DNA of 32,000 nt from Candidatus Altimarinota bacterium (GCA_041659405.1 JBAZYK010000001.1:1-32000), one strand, 5' to 3'; positions 20,765-30,329 are shown, numbered from the stretch's first letter. Translations and numbers: made by a program. The notes: generated by a model from the sequence alone, not told the origin.

Positions 20765-21709
20765 TCATGCTTTTCGCACCAGAAAGCAAGTGTGGATTGG
20801 GGCTTTCTGCAACTGTTTCATGTATGCGCCCGGGCCATGGCCAAACGATCGTCCGTGCGAATCGCCATTTTGAAAATCAGGTGGCATGGTTTTGTTTGTA
20901 ATATCTTCAATTTTGCATGGCAGCAGGTCTTCTTCGTTGAGTTTGAAATCGGTTTTGTTATTGGAGAAAACAATAAAACCATATGGATTCAGCAACAATA
21001 AAGCATCATTAAGTAAACGAGTGTGATCTTTTTGCACTGAAAAATGTTCTCCTTTATTTTTGGAAAAAGTCGGTGGATCAATAATAATGATATCAAAGCG
21101 TAACTCTTTTCTTTGGGCGTATTTGAAAAACTCCAAAGTATCCATTTTATAAACCCAGTTTTGCTCTAATGGCAAAGCATTAAGCTCAAGATTTTTTTTG
21201 ATCCATTCGCAATAAGTTTTGGAAAGATCCACGCTGTAAGTCTTTTCGGCTCCCCCGGCGGCGGCGTAAATGCTGAAAGATCCGGTATAGGCAAAAGTAT
21301 TTAAGACAATTTTGTTTTTGCTTTGAGACTGGACCCATTTGCGGGTTTCACGGTGATCAAGAAATAAACCCGTATCCAGATAATCCGCTAAATTAATATG
21401 AAATTTGTGGCCATATTCTTCCACAATAATATTTTTGGAAATTGATTTTGGCAAAGCCAAATCTTTATTCTTGGTGCGATTTTTATAGAAAAAATCCTGA
21501 ATATTCAGCAAATCTTTTAAATCCTGCTCAATCAATTTAATTTTGGCATCATCAATCGGTTCAAAGACATGAATGACGGCGTTATCCGCATAAATATCAA
21601 CAACCACCGGCAGTGATCTATCCGTTCTATCATAAAGGCGATAAGCCACAAGCTTGTTTGCCTGCAGATATTGCTGGATTTTTTGGTAGTTGTTTTGAAA
21701 AATATTCAT
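20765..21709 (-). CDS. class I SAM-dependent rRNA methyltransferase (RlmK/RlmI-like)
   Basis: TGLFLDHRETR, NTFAYTGSFS, FDIIIIDPPTFS and C-terminal PPDF...IHTCF motifs. Confidence 0.75.
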   Translation of the reverse strand: MNIFQNNYQKIQQYLQANKLVAYRLYDRTDRSLPVVVDIYADNAVIHVFEPIDDAKIKLIEQDLKDLLNIQDFFYKNRTKNKDLALPKSISKNIIVEEYGHKFHINLADYLDTGLFLDHRETRKWVQSQSKNKIVLNTFAYTGSFSIYAAAGGAEKTYSVDLSKTYCEWIKKNLELNALPLEQNWVYKMDTLEFFKYAQRKELRFDIIIIDPPTFSKNKGEHFSVQKDHTRLLNDALLLLNPYGFIVFSNNKTDFKLNEEDLLPCKIEDITNKTMPPDFQNGDSHGRSFGHGPGAYMKQLQKAPIHTCFLVRKA

Positions 21710-21722
21710 TGTAAACTGTATA

Positions 21723-21731
21723 TGCTATAAT
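21723..21731 (+). promoter_or_regulatory. extended -10 promoter element TGcTATAAT
   Basis: Located 30 nt upstream of the TTG start at 21761. No convincing -35 is present. Confidence 0.35.
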
Positions 21732-21760
21732 GCTACTGTTTGTAAACTAAAATAAAAGCA

Positions 21761-22636
21761 TTGCCTAAAATATTTTCAAAAAGATTTTCAAAAGGACTTT
21801 CCATTATAGAGGTTGTTATTGCGACGGCTTTTTTTGTAACGCTGGTTGTTTCCATTGTTCCACTTTATTTGGATGGTTTTGATACAAATTTACGGGATAC
21901 CAATAAATTGCAGGCCGATATGATGCTGCAACAAGGGCTTGAAGCTGCGCGTTCCATTCGTGATCAAAATTTCAACAATTTGGTGAGCGGAACTTATGGG
22001 CTTTCCAGAAGTACCGGTTATTGGAGATTTTCAGGTGCCCAGGATGTTTTCGGAAAATTTACCAGAACTGTAAATATTACCGATTCCAAAAGAGATGTCG
22101 GTTGTAACGTACAAAGTTCCGGCACTACTGACGTTTATACCAAAAAAATAACAGTTACAGTGTCCTGGAACTATACCGCCGGTAATCCCGGCCAAGAAGT
22201 CGCAACGGAATATTTATCAAATTGGAGCGGCTATGGCGGATGTGAGCAATCTGCAAACTTGGTTATTGAACTTTCCGGTGCGTATTTATCTTCAAATGAA
22301 CAAAGAGTTGCCGGCATCACGCTGCGAAACGTTGGAAGTTTTCCAATTACAATAGACAAAGTTACCGCAGAATGGACTAACGATGAACAAATTGAAGAAG
22401 TTAAAATAGCTTCCAGTATAGTGTGGAAATATAATGGTATCGGCAGTCCGGATGGCAGACAGTCTTCCGGAGTTGAACTTGATGTGCAAAATGTGGTTTT
22501 GCCTGCAACTTCCGGGGTAATTTCACTTGATCATTTTTTCTTTACCGGAGAAATGGAACACGTTGACTTTACATTCTATGTAAAAATGGCCGATGGCACG
22601 GTGAAATATGAGCATATTGATAACCTTGATGATTAA
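21761..22636 (+). CDS. pilin-like protein (minor pilin)
   Basis: TTG start. The SKG|LSIIEVVIATAFFVTLVV prepilin-type motif has Glu at +5. Confidence 0.6.
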   Translation: MPKIFSKRFSKGLSIIEVVIATAFFVTLVVSIVPLYLDGFDTNLRDTNKLQADMMLQQGLEAARSIRDQNFNNLVSGTYGLSRSTGYWRFSGAQDVFGKFTRTVNITDSKRDVGCNVQSSGTTDVYTKKITVTVSWNYTAGNPGQEVATEYLSNWSGYGGCEQSANLVIELSGAYLSSNEQRVAGITLRNVGSFPITIDKVTAEWTNDEQIEEVKIASSIVWKYNGIGSPDGRQSSGVELDVQNVVLPATSGVISLDHFFFTGEMEHVDFTFYVKMADGTVKYEHIDNLDD

Positions 22637-23195
22637 TATGAGCAATGCTTTCACACGACGCCGTGGTTTTACCCTGGTTGAAGCCCTTATCTATATTGTT
22701 TTGGCTGCTTTGGCATTTACGTTCATTATTGGTATTGGCCAAGATTTGCTTTTAGGTTCTGTAAAAATTCAGGGGGAACGTGAAGTTTCTTTTAATGCGC
22801 GAACTGCCATTAATCTTATTACGCAAAAAATTCGTGGAGCGAACGATGTTGTCCTTGGCAGCTCCACTTTTAATTCAAGTCCCGGCGTTTTAACCATAAC
22901 TTACCCCGGGGTGTCCCCAAGTATTATTTTTGATACTTACAATAAAACACTAACCAAATCCACAGGTGGAACTTATGTTATCCGCAAATTAAGAATGAAA
23001 GAAGGAACTGCTGCTGCCGTGGACTTAACTAATGATAAAATAAATATCACTAATTTTGTTGTTAGAAATTTAACCAAATCGACCGAGGCACATAACATCA
23101 ACGTTGAATTAACTTTTACGCAGGCAAATCCGGCCAATGATCCCAATTTAAACGCAAGTATAAGCGTTGAAACTGCAATTTCTTTAAGACATTAA
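22629..23195 (+). CDS. pilin-like protein (minor pilin)
   Basis: RRG|FTLVEALIYIVLAALAF motif. The start is taken at the ATG at 22629, with 22638 also possible. Confidence 0.7.
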   Translation: MINMSNAFTRRRGFTLVEALIYIVLAALAFTFIIGIGQDLLLGSVKIQGEREVSFNARTAINLITQKIRGANDVVLGSSTFNSSPGVLTITYPGVSPSIIFDTYNKTLTKSTGGTYVIRKLRMKEGTAAAVDLTNDKINITNFVVRNLTKSTEAHNINVELTFTQANPANDPNLNASISVETAISLRH

Positions 23196-23196
23196 A

Positions 23197-23613
23197 ATGA
23201 AGCGAAAATTTTGTTTTAAATCCAATTTTTCCGGTCACTCAAAAAAAGGCATTATTGTGCTTCTTTTAATGATTGTTACCGGTGCAATTATCTTAACAAT
23301 TGCCCTGGGGATCGCTTTTTCTTCAATTAACGCCAGCCAAATCAGCTTATATCAGGGAACTTCAAATCAAACATTTCTTAATCTGGACGGATGTGTAGAA
23401 GAAGCCTTGGGCAGATTAAATCGCAATAATATTTATGCCGGTGGAACAGTTACGATTGACAATACCAGCTGTACGATTAGTATCACTGGGACTAATCCGA
23501 CACATACGGTAAATGTTACAGCCACAAATGGTGATTACACCCGCAAAGTACAGGTGGTTGTAAATATTTTCCCCACTGTCTCAATTACGAGCTGGCAAGA
23601 ATTAACTTCTTAA
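23197..23613 (+). CDS. pilus-associated membrane protein (PilX-like, no Glu+5)
   Basis: KKG|IIVLLLMIVTGAIILTIALG N-terminal helix and a beta-rich Thr/Asn body. Its operon position lies between the minor pilins and the PilM-like gene. Confidence 0.4.
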   Translation: MKRKFCFKSNFSGHSKKGIIVLLLMIVTGAIILTIALGIAFSSINASQISLYQGTSNQTFLNLDGCVEEALGRLNRNNIYAGGTVTIDNTSCTISITGTNPTHTVNVTATNGDYTRKVQVVVNIFPTVSITSWQELTS

Positions 23614-23617
23614 ATTT

Positions 23618-24544
23618 ATGTTTAATTTTTTCAAAAAGAGACCTTTTGCTCTTCATATAAATGATTCCGTGCTTCAACTTATGCGGATAAGTGGCAATTT
23701 GGAAAACCCCAAAATGGAAATTTTCTTTTCAAAAAACTTAACACCGGGAATTGTTGTTAATGGTGAAATCAAAAAAAATGAAGAATTGAAAGTTTTGGTC
23801 CTGGAACTTGTAAATAAGGCCAAGTTGGACTTGAAAAATGAGCTGGTTGTAAGTTTTAGCGAAATGCAAAGTTATGAAAATACTTTTTATTATGATGGAT
23901 TTGTTGATGAGGAGTCCATTTTAGGTTTTTTGTATAAGAAAATGGGGACAATTATGCCTGTGGCTGCAGATCAATTGAAATATGATTATATTGTCTATGG
24001 TTTGGGCGATTTGAAGATTGTTTTCATGGTGGCGATCAAATCTGACCTGGCCAGAAATTATGAAAAATTCTTAAAAACTGATTGTGGCTTAAATCCGATT
24101 GCTTTTGAACCTGAAATTTTAAGCTTGTTGAGAAATGTTAATTTTCCAACAACTATGACACAGGGTTATGTTTTTATTTCCGTGCGGGATAATGCAATTA
24201 ACTGGTACCTAATGAGCAAAGGACTCATTTTTGACAGCAATACGGCAAACATCAATAAACTTCCCGAGCTTATTAAAGATCTCCAAAAATCCATTGCCAA
24301 TTTTAAAGGAAAAACTCATCAGGATGTTAAAAATATTTTGATTGCCGGGGCCGGCACTGAGCCGTTATCCTCCTCTTTAAAGGACCTCAAAATTCAAGTG
24401 GAAGCGTTTGAAAAATATAGAGTTTCCACACCGGCTGATCTGCAAAATTCTTCCGTGAATGATTTTAATATTTTGGCCGGGGCCGCTTTAAAGAAAATAC
24501 CGGGAATCGTCAAACATTTTGAAATTAATCTTTTCAAAAAATAA
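23618..24544 (+). CDS. PilM-like pilus assembly protein (tentative)
   Basis: 308-aa soluble protein at the position usually held by PilM. The N-terminal ALHINDSVLQLMRISG resembles the GLDIGSSSIK strand only loosely. Confidence 0.4.
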   Translation: MFNFFKKRPFALHINDSVLQLMRISGNLENPKMEIFFSKNLTPGIVVNGEIKKNEELKVLVLELVNKAKLDLKNELVVSFSEMQSYENTFYYDGFVDEESILGFLYKKMGTIMPVAADQLKYDYIVYGLGDLKIVFMVAIKSDLARNYEKFLKTDCGLNPIAFEPEILSLLRNVNFPTTMTQGYVFISVRDNAINWYLMSKGLIFDSNTANINKLPELIKDLQKSIANFKGKTHQDVKNILIAGAGTEPLSSSLKDLKIQVEAFEKYRVSTPADLQNSSVNDFNILAGAALKKIPGIVKHFEINLFKK

Positions 24545-24589
24545 TACATACTATATACTTCCTTGGGACTATTTCTTAATCTCTTCAAA

Positions 24590-25087
24590 ATGAAACATCA
24601 AAAGAAGGGTTTCACATTGGTGGAACTTATTATCGTTATCGCAATCATTGCGATTTTAGCTGCAGGTATTTTCGTTGCAATTGACCCTGCTAAACGTATC
24701 AATGCAGCAAATAACGCTCGTCGTTCAACTGATGTGGCTTCTCTCTTGGATGCTTTAGTGAAATATCAGGCTGATAACACAGGTTCCGCTTATTCTACGG
24801 TTGGAGCTCTTGCAGCTGGTGAATTCTCTGTTATTGGAACAGCAGCTACGGGCTGTAACACCACTTGTACAGCTAAAACAACACAGGCTGCCTGCGTTGA
24901 CATTTCCGCTTTACCAAAAAACTATTTAGGTGCTATTCCAAAGGATCCAAAGACCGGAACAGATGCTAATGCCGATTATTACATTAGCCGTGGTACATTG
25001 GGCACATTAACAGTTGGTGCCTGTGATTCCGAAGGCGAAGGCGCCGGTGGAAGTGGTACACCTCCAGTAATCGAAGTAGTTCGTTAG
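24590..25087 (+). CDS. pilA: major type IV pilin
   Basis: MKHQKKG|FTLVELIIVIAIIAILAAGIF is a canonical class III signal. The protein has four Cys residues, its own upstream spacer and a terminator. Confidence 0.8.
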   Translation: MKHQKKGFTLVELIIVIAIIAILAAGIFVAIDPAKRINAANNARRSTDVASLLDALVKYQADNTGSAYSTVGALAAGEFSVIGTAATGCNTTCTAKTTQAACVDISALPKNYLGAIPKDPKTGTDANADYYISRGTLGTLTVGACDSEGEGAGGSGTPPVIEVVR

Positions 25088-25105
25088 TTTTATATAATTG
25101 AAATG

Positions 25106-25140
25106 AAAAGAGCTCTCAAGTTTGGGGGCTCTTTTTTATT
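25106..25140. terminator. bidirectional rho-independent terminator between pilA and the response regulator
   Basis: An A-tract, a GAGCTC/GGGCTC stem (one G-U pair) and a T-tract (AAAAGAGCTC...GGGGCTCTTTTTTATT). Confidence 0.5.
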
Positions 25141-25201
25141 GAGGAAAAACACGAAAAAAAATCGCTGTATCGATTTATCGGTCTTTGAATGCGAATACGG
25201 A

Positions 25202-25606
25202 TTAGGCCTTGTCATTGAAATACTTCTTCACTTTATCCACGGCTTCCTGAAGAGAAATATTGGCTTTTATCAGGTAATCTACGGCGCCCATGGCTAAAGC
25301 TTTATTAACATCATCTTCCTGTCCAAGATTGGATATTATAATGATGTTCACATCCTTTAAGGTGGCGCTTTCTTTTAAAAACTTTAAAACTTCAAACCCA
25401 TCTTTGATCGGCATAATCAGATCCAACAAAATCAGGTCCGGTTTGCGTTTTGAAGCTTCTTCCAGGCCTTTTTCACCATCGGTTGCAACGGTTACATCAA
25501 AACCTTCTTCGGTTAATTTTGTCTGAAAAATGTTGCCGTAAAATTTATCATCCTCCATTACGAGAATGTATTTTTTGGCCTGTGTTTGATTAATATTTTC
25601 GCTCAT
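25202..25606 (-). CDS. stand-alone response-regulator receiver (CheY-like)
   Basis: 134 aa with the acidic pocket MEDD, the phospho-acceptor in LILLDLIMP, and the conserved T/S and K positions. There is no output domain. Confidence 0.9.
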   Translation of the reverse strand: MSENINQTQAKKYILVMEDDKFYGNIFQTKLTEEGFDVTVATDGEKGLEEASKRKPDLILLDLIMPIKDGFEVLKFLKESATLKDVNIIIISNLGQEDDVNKALAMGAVDYLIKANISLQEAVDKVKKYFNDKA

Positions 25607-27453
25607 GGGATATTAAATTCTAAGAAATATTTGGTGTATTCGTTTTCTTTACTTTCCAACCGGATTTTTGCGCCCCACTGTTCCACATAGAATTTTACCA
25701 TAAAAAGTCCCAATCCGGTTCCTTCAGTTTGCTGTAACACGGCGTTATGAGCTCTAAAGAACTTTGTAAATACCAGTTTTTGATCATTTTCCGGGATACC
25801 AATGCCGGTATCGGCAATAGTCAAAAGCAGTTTTTTCTTCCTGATAATAAAATCAATTTCGATTTGTCCTGCAACTTTATTGTACTTAACCGAGTTTGAA
25901 AGCAGATTGGAAATCACTTCTTTAAAATGTTTTGGATCAACCATTATTTCCGGAATAGGTTCTTTTGGCTGGTTAACAATAATCGCAATCTTGCGCATGT
26001 CTGCAAAATTTTCGATTTCTTTGATCTCTTCTTCGATTATTTTCAAAAGGTCTGTTGCCTCAGGAAAATCTTTACTTTTCCCTTCATCAATACTGGAAAC
26101 ATCCAATAATTCGTTAATCAGATTAATTAGTCTGATATTGCTTTCATACATTTGCTGCAGTTTTTCGGTAATTTCTGCCGGGATTTTTTCTTTTGAACCG
26201 GTAAGCATGATTTCCAAATTCCAGCGCATGCTACCGAGTGGTGTGCGAAGCTGGTGGGCTGCAAATGATAAAAACTCGTCCTTCATGCGTTGAATTTCTT
26301 TTTCCTTGGTGATATCGCGAATGGAAATAATTACGCCGGTAATTTTTGACTTCACAATAACTGCGCTTACGGTAACAGATATCTCGATTTTCTTTTTGTT
26401 TTTTGTTAGGAGATGGAACCGTTTATCATCAATAATATTTTGTCCTTTCTTTAAAGCAGAATAGACTGGAGACTCTTCTTTTGTTACCGGTGAGCCATTT
26501 TCCTGTTCCAAAACAAGACAATCAAAAATATCCTTATAGATAAGTTGCTTTTCCGTTTGCCCTAAAATATCCCGCATAGCCTGATTTATGAAAACTACTT
26601 TTGCTTTATCGTTAATCACCACCATGCCTTCGGCTAAACTGGTCAAGATGGCATAGCTTTGAGATTTTTCCTTCTCCAGTTTGATATTTATTTTTTGAAT
26701 TTCCTTCATTCTTAAGGAAATCTCGTTGGTTCTTTCCTGAATTTTCCCTTCAAGATCTTCATAAAAACCTTTTAATTTGAATGTCATTTCGTCAAAAGAT
26801 TGGCCCAATCTGCCAATTTCATCATTGGTATTCAGGTTGATTTTATGCTGTAAATCTCCCGCCCCAATCAATTTTGTTCCTTCGTAAAGTTTATTGATCG
26901 GCTCGGCAAGATTTCTACGGATGATAAAAGAAAAACTACCAATCAAAATGATAATCACTCCAATGGAAAGCAGAATAAGTGAGTTGGTTTTGGATTCGTA
27001 ATCACTTGCATCGATTTGCAAGGAATAACTGAGCTGCACTGCCATATCCTGTGATTTTACTATCTTATCAATAATGCTTTTTTTGGTAGATTCGATTGGG
27101 ATGTTTTTATCGGATTTTAATTGCAATAAAATAGTTTGAATGTCCCCAAGATTTTGGCGGATATTTTCAGCCGTTATTTGTGATTTTTGATTCGAAAAAT
27201 TTGCACTTAAAAGTTTGGAAACAGTGTTAAAATTGCTGTACCACTGCAATTCCGATTTTTCGGTTGGATTATTAAGAAAAGTATCCGTTATTTGCTGTAA
27301 CTGATTCATTCTTTGAACGATTTCGATTCCTCTTTTGCCTTCTTCATTGGCATTATTTGTATTAACAGCTGACCAAAACAGTATTAAGCCTATGATCAAG
27401 GCAATACTTAAAGTCAAAAGTGTACTGATTTGCAGTTTGGTTTTTATTTTCAT
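25603..27453 (-). CDS. sensor histidine kinase (2 TM, extracytoplasmic domain, HAMP, PAS, HisKA, HATPase_c)
   Basis: H-box FAAHQLRTPL, N-box LSNSVKYN, and G-boxes DTGIGI and GTGLGL. The HAMP region includes EPINKL...NDEIGRLGQSFDEM. Its stop overlaps the receiver's ATG (ATGA). Confidence 0.9.
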   Translation of the reverse strand: MKIKTKLQISTLLTLSIALIIGLILFWSAVNTNNANEEGKRGIEIVQRMNQLQQITDTFLNNPTEKSELQWYSNFNTVSKLLSANFSNQKSQITAENIRQNLGDIQTILLQLKSDKNIPIESTKKSIIDKIVKSQDMAVQLSYSLQIDASDYESKTNSLILLSIGVIIILIGSFSFIIRRNLAEPINKLYEGTKLIGAGDLQHKINLNTNDEIGRLGQSFDEMTFKLKGFYEDLEGKIQERTNEISLRMKEIQKINIKLEKEKSQSYAILTSLAEGMVVINDKAKVVFINQAMRDILGQTEKQLIYKDIFDCLVLEQENGSPVTKEESPVYSALKKGQNIIDDKRFHLLTKNKKKIEISVTVSAVIVKSKITGVIISIRDITKEKEIQRMKDEFLSFAAHQLRTPLGSMRWNLEIMLTGSKEKIPAEITEKLQQMYESNIRLINLINELLDVSSIDEGKSKDFPEATDLLKIIEEEIKEIENFADMRKIAIIVNQPKEPIPEIMVDPKHFKEVISNLLSNSVKYNKVAGQIEIDFIIRKKKLLLTIADTGIGIPENDQKLVFTKFFRAHNAVLQQTEGTGLGLFMVKFYVEQWGAKIRLESKENEYTKYFLEFNIP

Positions 27454-27473
27454 AGTGAGGATTAGTTCTTCAC

Positions 27474-27479
27474 ATTATA
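27474..27479 (-). promoter_or_regulatory. -10 hexamer TATAAT for the kinase operon
   Basis: The minus strand reads GGTATAATG 20 nt upstream of the ATG at 27453. Confidence 0.3.
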
Positions 27480-27488
27480 CCTTAAATA

Positions 27489-27497
27489 TGCTAAAAT
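27489..27497 (+). promoter_or_regulatory. extended -10 TGcTAAAAT for pilB
   Basis: Located 24 nt upstream of the ATG at 27522. Confidence 0.35.
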
Positions 27498-27521
27498 ATA
27501 AAGATTTAAATAAATAGTCAA

Positions 27522-29192
27522 ATGACTGAATTCACAAAAAAACTCCTGGATTTCCTGCTCAAAGGCCATTTAATCACTCAAATTCAAATTGATGAATTGA
27601 GTAAAGAGGCTGAAACAAAGCCGATTGAGGTTGTTTTAAGAGAGAAGGAAATTTTAAATGATTCTCAGCTTGGACAAATAATCGCCGACTTAAAAAACTG
27701 GCGTTATGTTGATCTGGATCGCGTTTTGATTGATAAGACCGCCCTTAATCTTATTCCGGAAGATTTTGCAAAAGCGCAAAATGTGATTTGTTTTGGCAAA
27801 GAAGATGAAAAAATCAAAATTGCTTTGGGTAATCCCGATGACACGGTTTTGATCCATCTGTTGCAGAAAACCCTGAATGCGCCGTTGATGGTTTATTATT
27901 CCACACCGGCTGTTATTCAAAAAAGCTTATATTCTTATCAAAAAGAGCTTCAAAGCACGTTTGAAAGGCTAATTCAGGAACATTTAAAAGAAGCCGCTTT
28001 TAGCGATACACAGGATAGCGCCGTGGTTAAAATTGTGGATTTGGTGCTGCTGGACGGTTACAAGAAGAAAGCTTCGGATATTCACGTTGAGCCTCAGTAT
28101 GATCACACTTTAGTGCGTTTCCGTCTTGATGGAGTTATGCATGATATTATTAATATCCCAAAAAATATTCATGACTCAATAATTACCAGAATTAAAGTTT
28201 TGTCACAGCTGCGTACCGATGAACATCAGGCGCCGCAGGATGGCAAATTTGAGTATTTTTTTGAAAATGAACCGGTTGATATCCGCGTTTCCATCCTGCC
28301 AACAACCAATGGTGAAAATCTGGTAATGCGTTTACTTTCTGAAAAATCCCGTCGATTTTCTTTGGAAGATCTTGGTTTTTCCGAACGGGACTATGGCATT
28401 TTGCGGGAAAATATTAAAAAGCCATGGGGTATGATTTTGGCTACAGGGCCAACCGGTGCAGGTAAAACCACGACTCTGTATGCAATTTTAAAAATCTTAA
28501 ATAAAAGGGAAGTAAATATTGCGACGATTGAAGATCCGGTTGAATACACGATGGATAATGTCACCCAAATTCAGGTTAATCCCCGTGCAAATCTTACTTT
28601 TGCCGCAGGGCTTCGTTCTTTGGTTCGTCAGGATCCAAATATTATTATGGTTGGAGAAATTCGTGATGAAGAAACCGCTTCTATAGCCGTTAATTCGGCC
28701 ATGACCGGACATTTGGTGCTTTCAAGTATTCATACCAACGATGCAGCCACGACTTTGCCACGTCTTTTGGATATGGGAATTCAGTCATTTTTGGTGGCAT
28801 CTACGGTAAACGTAGCTCTTGCCCAAAGGCTTTTGCGCGGAATTTGTAAAAACTGTATCACAAGTTTTGAAACTACGCCGGAAGAACTTAAAAAACGTGT
28901 CCCGGAAGAGATTGTAGAAAAAATATTCCAGGGGAAAGACAAATTAGTGCTTTATAAAGGCAAAGGTTGCGATGTTTGTCATCAAACCGGATACCTTGGC
29001 CGTATTGGTGTTTTTGAAGTATTGGAAATCAATGATGAAATTCGTGAACTTATTATTAAAAATGCCGCAGCGGATACCATTAAAAATCAGGCCATAAAAA
29101 ACGGCATGACCACTATGTTCGATGATGCGTTACAAAAAGTTCTTAGTGGACGAACAACCGTTGAAGAAATGCTTAGGGTGGTTAAACTTTAG
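27522..29192 (+). CDS. pilB: type IV pilus assembly ATPase (GspE/PilB family)
   Basis: Walker A GPTGAGKTTT, Asp box IEDPVEY, Walker B MVGEIRD, His box and a tetracysteine CxxC...CxxC motif. Confidence 0.9.
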   Translation: MTEFTKKLLDFLLKGHLITQIQIDELSKEAETKPIEVVLREKEILNDSQLGQIIADLKNWRYVDLDRVLIDKTALNLIPEDFAKAQNVICFGKEDEKIKIALGNPDDTVLIHLLQKTLNAPLMVYYSTPAVIQKSLYSYQKELQSTFERLIQEHLKEAAFSDTQDSAVVKIVDLVLLDGYKKKASDIHVEPQYDHTLVRFRLDGVMHDIINIPKNIHDSIITRIKVLSQLRTDEHQAPQDGKFEYFFENEPVDIRVSILPTTNGENLVMRLLSEKSRRFSLEDLGFSERDYGILRENIKKPWGMILATGPTGAGKTTTLYAILKILNKREVNIATIEDPVEYTMDNVTQIQVNPRANLTFAAGLRSLVRQDPNIIMVGEIRDEETASIAVNSAMTGHLVLSSIHTNDAATTLPRLLDMGIQSFLVASTVNVALAQRLLRGICKNCITSFETTPEELKKRVPEEIVEKIFQGKDKLVLYKGKGCDVCHQTGYLGRIGVFEVLEINDEIRELIIKNAAADTIKNQAIKNGMTTMFDDALQKVLSGRTTVEEMLRVVKL

Positions 29193-29220
29193 AATTTTCG
29201 TCCAATTTAAAATAAAAGTT

Positions 29221-30309
29221 ATGGTACCTGCAGTAAAGAAAAAAGGCTGGAACATGGAAATTTCACTTGGTGGAATCAGCGCAACCGAGTTGCTCTTTTT
29301 TACAAGGCATTTGTCTTTGGCTCTTAAAAGCGGATTAACGCTTTTTGAAACCCTGACCATGTTGCAAGACTTGGCATCAGGCAAGTTAAAACAGGTATTA
29401 ACCAAAATTATGTATCTTCTACAGGCCGGTGAAAGTTTTTATTCTTCTCTCTCTCATTATCCACAATATTTCTCTGCCCTATACCTAAATCTGGTTAAAA
29501 CAGGTGAACTTTCCGGAACTCTGGAAAAAAATCTGCAATATTTGGCTGAAAATCTGCAAAAGACCAGAGCGCTTAAGCAAAAGGTAAAATCAGCCATGAT
29601 TTATCCGGTTTTTATTTTAAGCGCGGTGATAGTTTTGGGTTTTGCAATGTCAATTCTGGTTTTGCCAAAAATTCTTCCACTTTTTAAAACTCTTGATGTT
29701 GAACTGCCGGCTACTACAAAGTTATTGATTTTTGTTACTGATATGATGAGTGCCCATGGCGCTTTCATTATTGGTGGATTTGTGGCTTTTGTGATCTTCA
29801 TGGCCTGGTTTTTGCGTCAAAATTTTGTAAAACCGGTTTCGCATTTTGTAATTTTAAAAATACCGGTTTTTGGTAAAATATCGCAAAATTTGAATTTGGA
29901 ACTTTTTACCCATACGTTAAGTACTTTGTTATTGAGTGGTATTCCTTTGGATAAAAGTTTAAAAATTACTGCCGACGCTACTGAAAATAGAGTTTATAGA
30001 GCTGCCATAAGCCATTTCGTGATTGCCATAGAAAAAGGCAATACCCTGGCCGAGTCTTTTGCATCATATCCAAAATTATTCCCTAAAATGTTTAAATACA
30101 TGATTGCCATGGGCGAAAGGACCGGAAGTTTGGATTCCACGCTTAAATATTTGAGCGACTTTTATGAATCGGAAGTGGATACAACCGTTAAAAATCTATC
30201 TACAATCATTGAACCGTTTTTGTTGATTTTCATTGGAGGCATTGTGGGTGTAGTTGCATTGTCTATTTTAGGTCCGATTTATTCGATTACCGGCGGAATC
30301 AAAAAATAA
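29221..30309 (+). CDS. pilC: type IV pilus platform protein (GspF/PilC family)
   Basis: Two GspF-type repeats (FTRHLSLALKSGLTLFETL and FTHTLSTLLLSGIPLDKSL) and three TM helices. The start is moved to the ATG at 29221. Confidence 0.85.
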   Translation: MVPAVKKKGWNMEISLGGISATELLFFTRHLSLALKSGLTLFETLTMLQDLASGKLKQVLTKIMYLLQAGESFYSSLSHYPQYFSALYLNLVKTGELSGTLEKNLQYLAENLQKTRALKQKVKSAMIYPVFILSAVIVLGFAMSILVLPKILPLFKTLDVELPATTKLLIFVTDMMSAHGAFIIGGFVAFVIFMAWFLRQNFVKPVSHFVILKIPVFGKISQNLNLELFTHTLSTLLLSGIPLDKSLKITADATENRVYRAAISHFVIAIEKGNTLAESFASYPKLFPKMFKYMIAMGERTGSLDSTLKYLSDFYESEVDTTVKNLSTIIEPFLLIFIGGIVGVVALSILGPIYSITGGIKK

Positions 30310-30329
30310 TTAGTAATTAAGAATTAGGG

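Noticed and set aside
25802-26293. 163-aa and 60-aa + strand ORFs
   Set aside because: They are antisense to the histidine kinase gene.
29122-29220. 33-codon N-terminal extension of pilC overlapping the pilB 3' end
   Set aside because: PilC-like sequence starts after the ATG at 29221, and the extension overlaps pilB by 71 nt.
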